A stretch of DNA of 64,000 bases from an uncultured Candidatus Saccharibacteria bacterium (GCA_963835055.1 CAWIDU010000001.1:124182-188181); one strand, 5' to 3'. Counted from the first letter of the stretch, positions 28,106 to 37,351 are shown. A program made the numbers and translations. Notes: a model not told the origin generated them from the letters alone.

Positions 28106-28822
28106 TTAGGGATGGGTCAGAATTTCGCGCCACGACAGAATGTTGTAGCCGGCCGTCACTGGGTAGCTCGGCGGCGGGCCGTATTCCAAGTTGTAATCGT
28201 ACTGTGTGGTGTCGTTCAGGAAACCAGTGATGTAGCCGTTGGCGCCGCCGTTGGCGGCGTCACCACAAGGGCTGCCGCCGACCAGCCAGCTCCAGGTCCA
28301 GGTTTGGCGGGTGGCGACCGAGCCGTAAAAAGTCATCGACTGGTTGTTGCCCGTCCAGCCGCGGGCACAGGTAGTTTGCGAGGTGCGATAACCGGCCGGG
28401 TAGTTAGCGCTGTCACCGTTTTCACCGTATTCAACGTTACCGTTTTCAGCCAGCAAGGCGCCGTCGACTTCGTAATTGAACGAGCCGCTGCTATAACCGC
28501 TGGCCGAGGCCGGCGCGTAGGGCGCGATGAAGATCGAATCTTCGGCCACCAGGCCGATAGCGTCGCTACCGTTCTTGGTGCTGTACAGCAATGGGCCGGC
28601 GATGACGATATCTGTGTTGTTGCTGGTTGCCAGCCGGCCGGAGGCAATTGTTAGCCGGCCGTGGAATGTCGGGTTGCTGAGCACCCAGACATTGTCCTCG
28701 ACGAAAACCACGCCCGAGGGCGGCAGGCTAATCCCGGTGGCCACGGTGGTAGTCGTCAGGGCCGAGGTGTACGGCGTCAACTGGTCATTTTCGCGTTGAC
28801 TTTTACAGGTCATAGGTGCCAT
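28106..28822 (-). CDS. Pilus-associated protein (possibly the C-terminal part of the 28803..29687 gene)
   Basis: 238 aa, G/S/T/N-rich, beta-rich looking. Overlaps the upstream ORF by 20 nt in the frame expected for a 1-nt insertion. Confidence 0.6.
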   Translation of the reverse strand: MAPMTCKSQRENDQLTPYTSALTTTTVATGISLPPSGVVFVEDNVWVLSNPTFHGRLTIASGRLATSNNTDIVIAGPLLYSTKNGSDAIGLVAEDSIFIAPYAPASASGYSSGSFNYEVDGALLAENGNVEYGENGDSANYPAGYRTSQTTCARGWTGNNQSMTFYGSVATRQTWTWSWLVGGSPCGDAANGGANGYITGFLNDTTQYDYNLEYGPPPSYPVTAGYNILSWREILTHP

Positions 28823-29687
28823 TGGTGTTCAAGATAATCAGGTAGCCCTTGGTGGTGCTAAAACTGCTGCTGAGCTCCGGAATGTAGGCATTGGTACGGG
28901 TATTGGGCACTTGGCTGCAGGGATTGCTGCCATTGTTGAGCGAAGAAGTGCTGGAGTAGTCGCCGAAGGCAACCTTTTTCATGGTGCAGAGGCTGCTGCT
29001 GATTTGGTTGAAGTCAATGCTTGATGTCGGATAAATCCAGTCGCTCTTGGAACGCGTGTTGCAGTTGACCGGCGAGGTGACCGACGTGTTGCACCAGACA
29101 CCGTTCTCGCTGGTTGAACCATCGCCGCCGAGCTCCACTGACGGCACGTAGCTGCTGTTGGCACTGCTGACGGTCGAAGTGTTGGCGCCGTCCATCCTGA
29201 CCCCCTGATTGGAGAAGACCGGCCCATCGGCTGTTTCGGTGTTGCCGAACCACAGTGCCGAGTCGGAGACCACGCCGTAGCTGGCGAAGGACGGTGAGCC
29301 GAGCTGGGCCTGGACAGTGCGCGAAATCGACGAGTTGGCGGCCGTGCCGATGGAGCGCACGGTGGCGATGGTCGAGCCAGCTGCCGGCGGGCTGATGTAC
29401 AGGGTGTAGGTACCTTCGTTGACGCCGTTGGTATCAATGTACTGGTGGACGTACGGACCGTAGCCGTAGGTGCCGGGTGTCGTAGGCGTCGATTGGCCGT
29501 CCTTGTAATCGGTCGAGTTGTGGTTGAGATGCCACAGGTAATAATTCAGGCCGGCTTCGGCGATATTGAAAGCCTGTTGGCTTTTGACGGTGTTAGCGAC
29601 CACCGAAAAATTGGTCAGCGTCACCTCGATAACAGCCGAGGCCAGGATCGAAAAAGCGATTATGACTGATAGAACGGCTGGTATCAT
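28803..29687 (-). CDS. PilX-like minor pilin / pilus tip-associated protein
   Basis: N-terminal hydrophobic helix followed by SQQAFNIAEAGLNYYLWHL (PilX_N-like A-E-A-G-L motif). Confidence 0.7.
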   Translation of the reverse strand: MIPAVLSVIIAFSILASAVIEVTLTNFSVVANTVKSQQAFNIAEAGLNYYLWHLNHNSTDYKDGQSTPTTPGTYGYGPYVHQYIDTNGVNEGTYTLYISPPAAGSTIATVRSIGTAANSSISRTVQAQLGSPSFASYGVVSDSALWFGNTETADGPVFSNQGVRMDGANTSTVSSANSSYVPSVELGGDGSTSENGVWCNTSVTSPVNCNTRSKSDWIYPTSSIDFNQISSSLCTMKKVAFGDYSSTSSLNNGSNPCSQVPNTRTNAYIPELSSSFSTTKGYLIILNTNGTYDL

Positions 29688-30271
29688 AGGTTGGTTTTCC
29701 TGTTTCTGAGACTGACCGTGATGTTCAGTTGCTGGCCGGTCTTGGTATGGCTGCCCGGCTCGGCCAGGTTGACGCCGATTTCGACAACGCTGTGCTCGTC
29801 GCTGAGCGGCAGGGTCAGCGCCGTACCCGAAGCGTCATAATAGGTGAACAAATTGCTGCCGCTCGGCTGATAATAATTGGAAATTATAGTGTAGGTTTTC
29901 TCGGAGGCGGTAATCGGCGAGCCAGTCGGCGGATTGGCCGTCATCGGTGTGACATCGGCCATCAGCGCTGTACCATTGGCGCTGAGATAGTAATGGACAA
30001 TTGAAACATAGGTGTCAGCCGGCGAGAAGTAGGCGTAAACACTGAGATCATTGGACGATTCCGAAATAATATCGGTCAAGCCACGCAGCACTTGAGCCAC
30101 GCGCTGCGATTCGCTAGCTAGCTCGGTGAAATTGCTGGCGTCAGACTGGTAATGCGTATAAAGCGTCAAGTTATTGGTGAAAAAGGTGCCGAAAACGATG
30201 AACAGCAACACCGACAAAATGATGACTACCAGCAGTTCGACCAACGTGAAACCGGATTCAGTTCGTGACAA
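29684..30271 (-). CDS. Type IV pilin-like (pseudopilin) protein
   Basis: Prepilin signal MSRTESG/FTLVELLVVIIL (G-FTLxE). Confidence 0.85.
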   Translation of the reverse strand: MSRTESGFTLVELLVVIILSVLLFIVFGTFFTNNLTLYTHYQSDASNFTELASESQRVAQVLRGLTDIISESSNDLSVYAYFSPADTYVSIVHYYLSANGTALMADVTPMTANPPTGSPITASEKTYTIISNYYQPSGSNLFTYYDASGTALTLPLSDEHSVVEIGVNLAEPGSHTKTGQQLNITVSLRNRKTNL

Positions 30272-31820
30272 GTATGCCTCCTAACAATGGGCTGCCGGGC
30301 AGTGTCAGGGTGTTGCTACCAACTGTCACCACCAGCTGCGTGTTGCCAGCCGTGGCCGTCGATAGGTTGACTGTGCAACTAAGTTGGGTGCCGGCGCTGC
30401 TACCAGTGCAGGACGCCGGATAACTACTGCTGCCCTGCAGCAAACTGACATGCGTCGTGCAGCTGCTGGCGGTGCTGCTGCATGGCAGATTGGTGCCGGT
30501 CAGCGTGAAGGCGAAGCTGCTAAGCGAATCGCTGAGGCTGGCGGTCGACGGCGTCAGGGCATTGAGCCGCGGGAAGCTGGAATTGGTGGTCAGCATCAAC
30601 CGCACTTCCTGCAGATAGCCGTTGCCGTTGAAGCTATAGGTCGTACTCGGCGGGTTGCTGGCGCTATAGCTCGGCACGGTTATTGGATAGAGGGCGTTAT
30701 TGCCGCCATACGGCACGGCGGCCGCCAGATAATAAGTCGTGCCGCCGACACTGCAACTGGTGGCGCCGGCATCGCCGCAGAAAATGTAGTTTCCCGGCAC
30801 CAAGTTGGTCAGCCCGGCCAGGCCGTTAGTGTCAGTCACCGGCCGCGAGTCGCTGGGCGTCAGGGTGTCGTAATAGTAAGTCGTGTCGCTGGTGGCGGTG
30901 TATTTCTTGTAGCCGCCCTTGACGTAAACCTTGGCGCTGGGCAGCGGGTTGCCGCTGGTGTCAGTCGTTTGCAGCAACAGGCTATAAGTGCCCATCGGGT
31001 TGATGGTCAGAGTGACGATTGACGAATTCTGGGCAATCAGCTTCTGGTTGGGATAGGTCGGTACCAGGCTGCCCGAGGCCGCGATGGTCGACAGGCTGGA
31101 ATAGCCGCTCTCCGAAGCCGTAACCACGTAATCGGCATTATTGTCCGGCGTCATGTCGTAGAAAATCACGATGCCGTTCTCGTCAGTGGTGTCGGACACA
31201 TTAATCGCCGGCGAAACTTTGCTATTGACGGCGTTAACCGTAGCGCCTTCCACCGGATTGCCGCCGCTGTCGACGACTTTGACGAACAAGGCGCCGGTAT
31301 TGCTGGCTGTTTCGGCGACCAGCGCCGCAATGTCGGTATCGACGGAGGCTAGTTTGGTGCCGTTGAAAGTCACGTTGACGTTGACATCTTTGTAATCAGC
31401 CGGATTGGTGTCGGTGACAGGCGCGCCGCTGGGTGGCGGATAATTACGACAGTACTGTTGCTTCAGCGCCTGCGTTGGGTAGGAGCCGCAGCCGTCATAG
31501 GCATCGTCGGCGTAGCTGATATCCGTCGTGATGGTGTACGTATCGCCAGCCACTTTCTTAGTAATCGTGCCCGGAATCGTAACCGTCGACGGAATTGGGC
31601 CGCCTGCCACGGCCAGGTTGTTATAGGGCAGTGACTTCAAATATTCCATCTGATTGGTGGCCAGCGTCGAGGCCACGGCTTCGCGTTTGGCGGTCACAGC
31701 GCTATGCAATAGCGAAATGTAGAGATCGAAGAAGCCGAGGGTAATAATGATCAGGACCGAGAAACTGACTATCAGCTCCACCAGCGTGAACCCACCCTCG
31801 TCCTGTTTCATATCCTCCAA
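30258..31820 (-). CDS. Large (520-aa) prepilin-type protein with CarboxypepD_reg-like and IPT/TIG-like beta domains
   Basis: MEDMKQDEGG/FTLVELIVS prepilin motif. Repeats GNPVEGATVNAV...TDENGIVIF and GNPLPSAKVYV...TDTNGLAGLTNLVPGNY. Confidence 0.85.
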   Translation of the reverse strand: MEDMKQDEGGFTLVELIVSFSVLIIITLGFFDLYISLLHSAVTAKREAVASTLATNQMEYLKSLPYNNLAVAGGPIPSTVTIPGTITKKVAGDTYTITTDISYADDAYDGCGSYPTQALKQQYCRNYPPPSGAPVTDTNPADYKDVNVNVTFNGTKLASVDTDIAALVAETASNTGALFVKVVDSGGNPVEGATVNAVNSKVSPAINVSDTTDENGIVIFYDMTPDNNADYVVTASESGYSSLSTIAASGSLVPTYPNQKLIAQNSSIVTLTINPMGTYSLLLQTTDTSGNPLPSAKVYVKGGYKKYTATSDTTYYYDTLTPSDSRPVTDTNGLAGLTNLVPGNYIFCGDAGATSCSVGGTTYYLAAAVPYGGNNALYPITVPSYSASNPPSTTYSFNGNGYLQEVRLMLTTNSSFPRLNALTPSTASLSDSLSSFAFTLTGTNLPCSSTASSCTTHVSLLQGSSSYPASCTGSSAGTQLSCTVNLSTATAGNTQLVVTVGSNTLTLPGSPLLGGILVTN

Positions 31821-31852
31821 TTATAAGAAAGCGCCGCGCTTTTGCCTACTGG

Positions 31853-32107
31853 TTAATGAATGCGGGTCATCAGCCGCAAGTTGGCAACATATTTCAGCGC
31901 ATCAAGCTGCGGGTGACTATTGAGATAGTTCATGTGCTTCTCGACGAAAGATATGCGGTTATCGGGATAACGGTCGGTGTTGGGCGTGTAGCTCGACACG
32001 GTGTTGTACGTCTTATCAGCCGCCATGAGTTGCAATTGGCCTTTCACGGCCTGGCTCTCCTCGGAGTTAACGTAGTCGCTGCGCCTAGTGAACCCGGCCA
32101 TGATCAA
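31853..32107 (-). CDS. Hypothetical 84-aa protein, first ORF of the pilus operon
   Basis: Same-strand ORF 33 nt upstream of the large pseudopilin gene; no hydrophobic segment and no recognisable motif. Confidence 0.5.
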   Translation of the reverse strand: MIMAGFTRRSDYVNSEESQAVKGQLQLMAADKTYNTVSSYTPNTDRYPDNRISFVEKHMNYLNSHPQLDALKYVANLRLMTRIH

Positions 32108-32254
32108 ACTTTCACCTGTTTAGGCTTCTTGATCGCTTTGCGGCCTCGGTCTTTGGACACGGTAGTTCCTTGTTTCTCAACTGAGATAATCTACCGCTAA
32201 TTATACGCCCCTGTTTGACAGAAACCTAATCCCATACCATGACATATAAATGCC

Positions 32255-32803
32255 CTAGCTTTGAGTTTCAGGCTCTGACAGCCTGTACAGCAAGGCCTCG
32301 GGCCGTTTTTCGTATAACTCGAATCCGAGACTCTCAACCAGCGCCTTACTGGCTGAATTGCGCGGCTCCAAAATTCCGATGAATTCTTCAACCTCTCGCT
32401 CTTGCCGTGCATATTTAATAATTGCTCGAAGGGCTACGCTGGCGTAACCCCGGCTTTGGTACTGCGGAGCTATCCGGCAGCCAATTTCGGCCTGTCGTTT
32501 ATCAGTTTCATCTAGATAAAGCATTGCGAAACCAACAAATGGCAGTTTACGGGGAAGTTTGGTATCCCAGATACCCATATTGAGATTCTCAGGATTAGCT
32601 TCGCTCTCTCTTCGCCTTTCAGCTCGCAGCGCCTGAAAGGTCATATAATCCGGCGCCTCTGGCGAACTCGGTGGCGAAGGGTGTGTGAAGCGGCGAGTTA
32701 CCATGAACCAGGCCGCGTCTTCTACCTCTGTAACACTACGCAGAAACGTGCCTTCTCTAGAAGTCGGTAACAGCAATCTTGACATATTGCATATATAATA
32801 CAA
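32255..32803 (-). CDS. GNAT family N-acetyltransferase (RimJ/RimL-like)
   Basis: QSRGYASVALRAIIKYA...ASKALVESLGFE acetyl-CoA-binding pattern. Confidence 0.8.
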   Translation of the reverse strand: MYYICNMSRLLLPTSREGTFLRSVTEVEDAAWFMVTRRFTHPSPPSSPEAPDYMTFQALRAERRRESEANPENLNMGIWDTKLPRKLPFVGFAMLYLDETDKRQAEIGCRIAPQYQSRGYASVALRAIIKYARQEREVEEFIGILEPRNSASKALVESLGFELYEKRPEALLYRLSEPETQS

Positions 32804-32893
32804 TAAATCCTAATTATATACAATGAGCTACACTGTAATATTGCCTTTTATTACATTTGACATAACATAATACCTTGTATAACATAGTAGTGT

Positions 32894-33250
32894 ATGAATG
32901 ATACTACCGACTACAGCAGCCTCGCCCAATCAGAGACTCAAATGCGCAAAGGCGTACTGGTTTACTGCGTTTTGTTGTTACTAAAGGACGGTAAAGTTTA
33001 CACTTCCGAAATTATTCGGGCCCTGCGCGAAGCCGAATTAATTGTTGTCGAAGGCACCTTGTATCCCCTGTTAAACCGACTAGCCAAAGATAAGCTACTG
33101 ACTTATGAATGGCAAGAAAGTGAGCAAGGGCCGCCACGCAAATATTACTGGTTAACCGATGATGGTAAAAAGTTATTGAGCGACCTGAAAGCTACCTATC
33201 ACCGATTGCACACTTCGATTAAAAGACTAGAGGAAGGAAAAACCAAATGA
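32894..33250 (+). CDS. PadR family transcriptional regulator
   Basis: YTSEIIRAL...EGTLYPLLNRLAKDKLL...PRKYYWLTDDGKK. Confidence 0.9.
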   Translation: MNDTTDYSSLAQSETQMRKGVLVYCVLLLLKDGKVYTSEIIRALREAELIVVEGTLYPLLNRLAKDKLLTYEWQESEQGPPRKYYWLTDDGKKLLSDLKATYHRLHTSIKRLEEGKTK

Positions 33251-34572
33251 ATGAGGTAACCAAAATCCACCTGGGCCGTCAGCCATTCACTATTTCGGTC
33301 GACGCCCATCACGAGTTGAAGAGCTACTTAGCGGCCATCAAGAAGCAGGTGGAGGACAAGGACGTGGTTGACGAGATCGAGTTAAGAATGGCCGAGCTGT
33401 TGACCGAACGTGGGATAACTGGCAACAAGGTCATTTTGCCTGCCGACGTCGACTTCCTAAAGGTACAGCTGGGAAATCCGAAGGATTTTACGGATGAAGG
33501 GGAGGCTTCCGCGCAGACTGATACCAAGCAACCGGACACCAAACGGTTATTCCGTGACACCGATAATGCCATGATAGCTGGTGTTGCTTCCGGTCTGTCT
33601 CAATACTTCGGTATTGATGTGTTGCTCATACGCATTCTGTTCGTCATTGCCGTTCTGGCCACGCTAGGCTGGGGAATATTACTGTACATCGTACTTTGGC
33701 TATTAGTGCCTGAAGCGAGAACTTCCAGTGAACGCTTGCAAATGGCCGGCAAGCCCGTCAACGTTGACAGTCTCAAGGAAATCGTTGAGAGAGCTGATGT
33801 GAAAGGTGCAGTGCACCGCGCCAATGCAACCCTAGCTGATCCGATTAACGCCTTATTCAGGTTTCTTATCAAACTAGTTGGCCTCATTTTCATCCTCTCC
33901 GGACTTAGTGTCATCTTCGGATTAATCGCCGCCCTGACCTACTTTTTGATTAACCACAGTGCTTGGGTTCAGAATAATGTTTTCCCGGTAGGCTTTCGTG
34001 AAAACCTGCTACTGTACATGACCATGGCAGTGGTGGCTCTGATCGCATCATTCACCATTCTATTCGGCACCGCCATGTTCCGGCGCAAGTGGCCCATCCG
34101 AACTTGGGCAACGGGTGTACTGATTGGCTTAACATTCGTCGGGTTGGCGGTTGGTGGAGCGCTAGCCGGTGATGTTTATCCGAATGTCCACGGTCGCTAT
34201 AATGCCAACGTTCACTCTGTTATTCGCAAGACTGCAGCCTTCACGGCAGTTAATATTGGTAGGTCTGTAGAAGATATTAATTTCCAGCCCTCGAACACCT
34301 ACTCTGTCGGTATGACTTATTACGGCAACCCAGATTTGGCCAAAGTTAAAGCCACGGTACAAAACAAGACGCTGCTAGTTGACGCTAGCCAGTTTGATGA
34401 GCACCGTGGTTGCCGAGTAATCTGCATTCCACCCACCTATAACCTAGTGATTACTGTTTACGCACCGAATGCCTTACAGCTCTCCAATCAGTTTTTCGGC
34501 GCGCCACCTTTGCCCCCGAAACCATTTGACCCTATGCAGCTCCAAATCGACCAAAAATTTCCGTCGCAGTAA
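33247..34572 (+). CDS. PspC domain-containing membrane protein
   Basis: LFRDTDNAMIAGVASGLSQYFGIDVLLIRILFVI... is a PspC domain. ATGA overlap with padR. Confidence 0.85.
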   Translation: MNEVTKIHLGRQPFTISVDAHHELKSYLAAIKKQVEDKDVVDEIELRMAELLTERGITGNKVILPADVDFLKVQLGNPKDFTDEGEASAQTDTKQPDTKRLFRDTDNAMIAGVASGLSQYFGIDVLLIRILFVIAVLATLGWGILLYIVLWLLVPEARTSSERLQMAGKPVNVDSLKEIVERADVKGAVHRANATLADPINALFRFLIKLVGLIFILSGLSVIFGLIAALTYFLINHSAWVQNNVFPVGFRENLLLYMTMAVVALIASFTILFGTAMFRRKWPIRTWATGVLIGLTFVGLAVGGALAGDVYPNVHGRYNANVHSVIRKTAAFTAVNIGRSVEDINFQPSNTYSVGMTYYGNPDLAKVKATVQNKTLLVDASQFDEHRGCRVICIPPTYNLVITVYAPNALQLSNQFFGAPPLPPKPFDPMQLQIDQKFPSQ

Positions 34573-34613
34573 CCTTGGAACCCAAACCTTTATTTGGGAA
34601 ATGTCACTCTGTC

Positions 34614-35357
34614 TTAAGCAGCCAGCTGAAGTTTTTGTCGTTCTTCAGCTAATCTTGTTCGTGCAAGCTTATTCCTGAATTCAGGGCCATTGGCTGTGTC
34701 CACAACATCTACCACGCGGGGTCCTGACTTTTTCATCGCTGCCACAAAAAGTTCTCCCCTTGGGTTCATTTTTGCCAGTAAACGTAGTAACTTTTCGGAG
34801 CGTTCTATTCGTCTAAATTTATCTAGGTATTCGGCATACTCACCTAATCTGCCCGTAGCTTGAAGTACATCTTCAGCGGCAACATAGCGTAAATTTTCCA
34901 ACCCATTCGCCTGAGCATGAGTTAATACCCTTTTTGCATGATACCTTAATCCTACGGTCAATACTCCTGCCTCGGGCTGACGAGAAAGATAGTCTGCCAA
35001 TCCCCTAACATGGAGAACTGTGTTATCCAGCTTTTCCCCTTGGGCCTCGTCTAAGACAATTCTTTTACTAGCGGGAAAATCAGGTTTTAGCTGCAGCACT
35101 CTTTTTTCTTCAAGCTCAGAGGTGGACGGAAGGCCAGGATAGCAGGTTTCGCCAATCATTAGTAACTCTGCATCTTGATGATGTTCCCAAACTGCTTCTC
35201 CGGCATCTGTACTCGCTCTAGTTGGCATTGATAATACGGGAGTGAGCCTATTGTTAACAACAGTGATATTCGAGCTATAAGGAATAATTGCTATGTAGCC
35301 GATGTTACAAGCTGTAGATAGTGCCTCGTCTGCAGAAATAACCTCAGGTCTGCTCAT
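34614..35357 (-). CDS. Hypothetical protein (possibly DUF218/YdcF-like)
   Basis: 247 aa. IVLDEAQGEKLDNTVLHVRGLADYL...GVLTVGLRYHAKRV loosely resembles the DUF218 core. Confidence 0.6.
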   Translation of the reverse strand: MSRPEVISADEALSTACNIGYIAIIPYSSNITVVNNRLTPVLSMPTRASTDAGEAVWEHHQDAELLMIGETCYPGLPSTSELEEKRVLQLKPDFPASKRIVLDEAQGEKLDNTVLHVRGLADYLSRQPEAGVLTVGLRYHAKRVLTHAQANGLENLRYVAAEDVLQATGRLGEYAEYLDKFRRIERSEKLLRLLAKMNPRGELFVAAMKKSGPRVVDVVDTANGPEFRNKLARTRLAEERQKLQLAA

Positions 35358-35410
35358 ATACTATATTGTAACATATTATGCTTATATCAGCAATCTTCTG
35401 TCTCCACTAA

Positions 35411-35437
35411 AGACCTGGTGGGACTGGAACCTATAAG
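35411..35437. repeat. tRNA T-arm-like direct repeat, copy A
   Basis: AGACCTGGTGGGACTGGAACCTATAA; overlaps the stop codon of the hydrolase gene. Confidence 0.6.
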
Positions 35438-36192
35438 CCTGCAATCCATGTCCTCAGTAATTGCTTTACCTCGGACTGTTCGTGAGGCTCATAAAAACTA
35501 TGCTGCGCACCTTTAACAATATGTATTTCCTTTTTGCCCGGTAGTTTTTCGTAAAGAATTTTCTGATGTTCTGGTGGCGTGGAATCATCCCGTTCGCCAA
35601 CAATCATTATTACGGGCATAATCAGCTTGTCTACGCCATCTAGCAAGTTGTAATTCATACGGTCTTCCATGTGTGACCATTTCAGTCGCTTTTCTTGTTT
35701 GCCATCATGGCTCATGGTGACCCGAATGCCATTTCGTTTCCAAGCTTCCAAATCATTAGCTTTGGTTTGCATGCTTAATTCGCCGGATATAACTGTTGAA
35801 ATTGGTGCCAAGGCTTTCACTTTTTCCGGGTGCTTTTTGGCAAACAAGGCTACAGAAATTCCACCAAGGCTATGGCCGCACAAAATGAACGGTTCGATAT
35901 ACCAAGGTTGAGTAGCTGCCCAGGCAATGACATCTTCTAGGTCAGCGTAGTAGTTCGTAATTGTAGCATCCTCATATTTACCGCCTGTGCTTTCACCAAA
36001 TGTATGAACGGCGTCCCAGCTAACCACTGTGTAACCACTCTCTAGGAAAGCCTCAGCCATTGCCCGTACATGTGGCTGCTCTTTGTTGCCACTAAGTCCA
36101 TGGGCCACAAAAGCCAGCTTCCCATTTTCGGCCGATTTTTCGACTAGGACGCTAACTTTATTCCCGTCACGACTGGAAATAAAAGTTTTCAT
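35431..36192 (-). CDS. Alpha/beta hydrolase
   Basis: GHSLGG nucleophile elbow; 253 aa. Confidence 0.85.
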   Translation of the reverse strand: MKTFISSRDGNKVSVLVEKSAENGKLAFVAHGLSGNKEQPHVRAMAEAFLESGYTVVSWDAVHTFGESTGGKYEDATITNYYADLEDVIAWAATQPWYIEPFILCGHSLGGISVALFAKKHPEKVKALAPISTVISGELSMQTKANDLEAWKRNGIRVTMSHDGKQEKRLKWSHMEDRMNYNLLDGVDKLIMPVIMIVGERDDSTPPEHQKILYEKLPGKKEIHIVKGAQHSFYEPHEQSEVKQLLRTWIAGL

Positions 36193-36208
36193 ATCATGAA
36201 GTATAGCA

Positions 36209-36237
36209 AGTACCAGGTAAGACTAGAACCGTATTAA
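36209..36237. repeat. tRNA T-arm-like direct repeat, copy B
   Basis: AGTACCAGGTAAGACTAGAACCGTATTAA; lies 17 nt upstream of the hydrolase start. Confidence 0.55.
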
Positions 36238-36474
36238 CAGAGGTGGAAATAAAATGAGACTGGTCTTGGCACCAGCTCTTATCTGAGTTAAGTCGATGGA
36301 AAACACTCTCTGGGGGCTATAATCTGTTAGCCTGCTCTAGCAACTAGGAGTGGAGCTATGCCTAATATTGAATATAATGGAACGTTATTGATCGATTACA
36401 AATACAATTGGCACCGCAACTGCCAGACAATTTGCATCCTGGCCACCTATAACATGATTATTACAAGACTTGGA

Positions 36475-37110
36475 TTATCTATATTCTGCTCGTATAGTTT
36501 CTATATCGGGAAGAAGTTTACAAATTAAGGCTGACCCTATACGCCAGCCATACTCTTCGGGCTCTATTGGCTTGAGACCCCACAAACGACCCCTAAGAGA
36601 TCTTGCGACGCTTAAACTCTTTGCCGGCATTCCATCTTCAATAGCCGCAGCAGTTGTGTGGCGAATAAGCGCATTAGAAACACTTAAAAGACCGCTGTAT
36701 TGTGCGTCCTTAGATTTGAGCACGGTGTAAGCCGCCAAAAGACTCAGATTGCTGCGCTTTAGGGAACGCTCTGCACTTCTTACTATTCTTAATCTGTGAT
36801 TTGTTTCGAATACTCCATATGATTCAAGGCCTGGGTCGGTGAAACCGTTCATCAAATCCTGATAACCTTTTAGAAATTCATTTACATTTGTAGCACGCTC
36901 CTGGCCGGAACCAACAACAACAAAAGGTCGCCTCAACAACGGCTGCCCAATTCCATCCACACCTACCATACTCACACCGGCAGCAGCCACTATTATTGCC
37001 TCTTCAGGTTCAGCCTCTTCTGGTATATCCCAATGTGCGTAATGTTCATTATCATTACTAGCGTTAGCGTATGCTTGCAAAGACGGTGGAGGGGCGTTAG
37101 GTTTTGGCAT
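36475..37110 (-). CDS. Hypothetical 211-aa protein in a low-GC segment
   Basis: Clean ORF with no recognisable motif. A 60-nt sample I hand-counted is about 35% GC. Confidence 0.6.
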   Translation of the reverse strand: MPKPNAPPPSLQAYANASNDNEHYAHWDIPEEAEPEEAIIVAAAGVSMVGVDGIGQPLLRRPFVVVGSGQERATNVNEFLKGYQDLMNGFTDPGLESYGVFETNHRLRIVRSAERSLKRSNLSLLAAYTVLKSKDAQYSGLLSVSNALIRHTTAAAIEDGMPAKSLSVARSLRGRLWGLKPIEPEEYGWRIGSALICKLLPDIETIRAEYR

Positions 37111-37187
37111 GGAAACTCACATTTACCACATAATTTGACAAGATTGATAATATATCTAAAAACAAGTGATTGCAAGCAAGAGCAATT

Positions 37188-37214
37188 AGACCAAGCAGGA
37201 CTGGAACCAATTAA
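37188..37214. repeat. tRNA T-arm-like direct repeat, copy C
   Basis: AGACCAAGCAGGACTGGAACCAATTAA. The core GCAGGACTGGAACC matches the adjacent tRNA T-arm GCAGGACTCGAACC in 13/14 positions. Confidence 0.6.
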
Positions 37215-37233
37215 CTCCTTAGGGGATTTCAGG

Positions 37234-37264
37234 CAAACAAAAACCTCTGTCGTGATAACAGAGG
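37234..37264 (-). terminator. Rho-independent terminator downstream of the minus-strand tRNA
   Basis: Minus strand reads CCTCTGT-tatcacg-ACAGAGG followed by TTTTTGTTTG. Confidence 0.65.
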
Positions 37265-37276
37265 TCATAATGCTTA

Positions 37277-37351
37277 TGGTTGCGGGGGCAGGACTCGAAC
37301 CTGCGACCTCGTGGTTATGAGCCACGCGAGCTGCCGCTGCTCCACCCCGCA
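37277..37351 (-). tRNA. tRNA with CAU anticodon (best initiator candidate of the three)
   Basis: Hand-folded. Acceptor UGCGGGG/CCCCGCA (U1-A72), D-stem GAGC/GCUC (A11-U24), anticodon stem CGUGG/CCACG, loop CUCAUAA, T-arm GCAGG-UUCGAGU-CCUGC, encoded CCA. Confidence 0.9.

Noticed and set aside
27701-28654. 317-aa + strand ORF (and 30384-31022, 29729-30004) across the pilus operon
   Set aside because: Ala/Gly/Arg/Val-rich shadow frames. The minus-strand frames carry genuine prepilin and PilX motifs and form a coherent operon.
36358-36528. 56-aa + strand ORF (MPNIEYNGTLLIDYKYNWHRNCQ...) with AGGAG 8 nt upstream
   Set aside because: The RBS is plausible, but the ORF overlaps the 3' end of the convergent 211-aa gene by 54 nt and has no recognisable features. 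There is too little evidence to call it.
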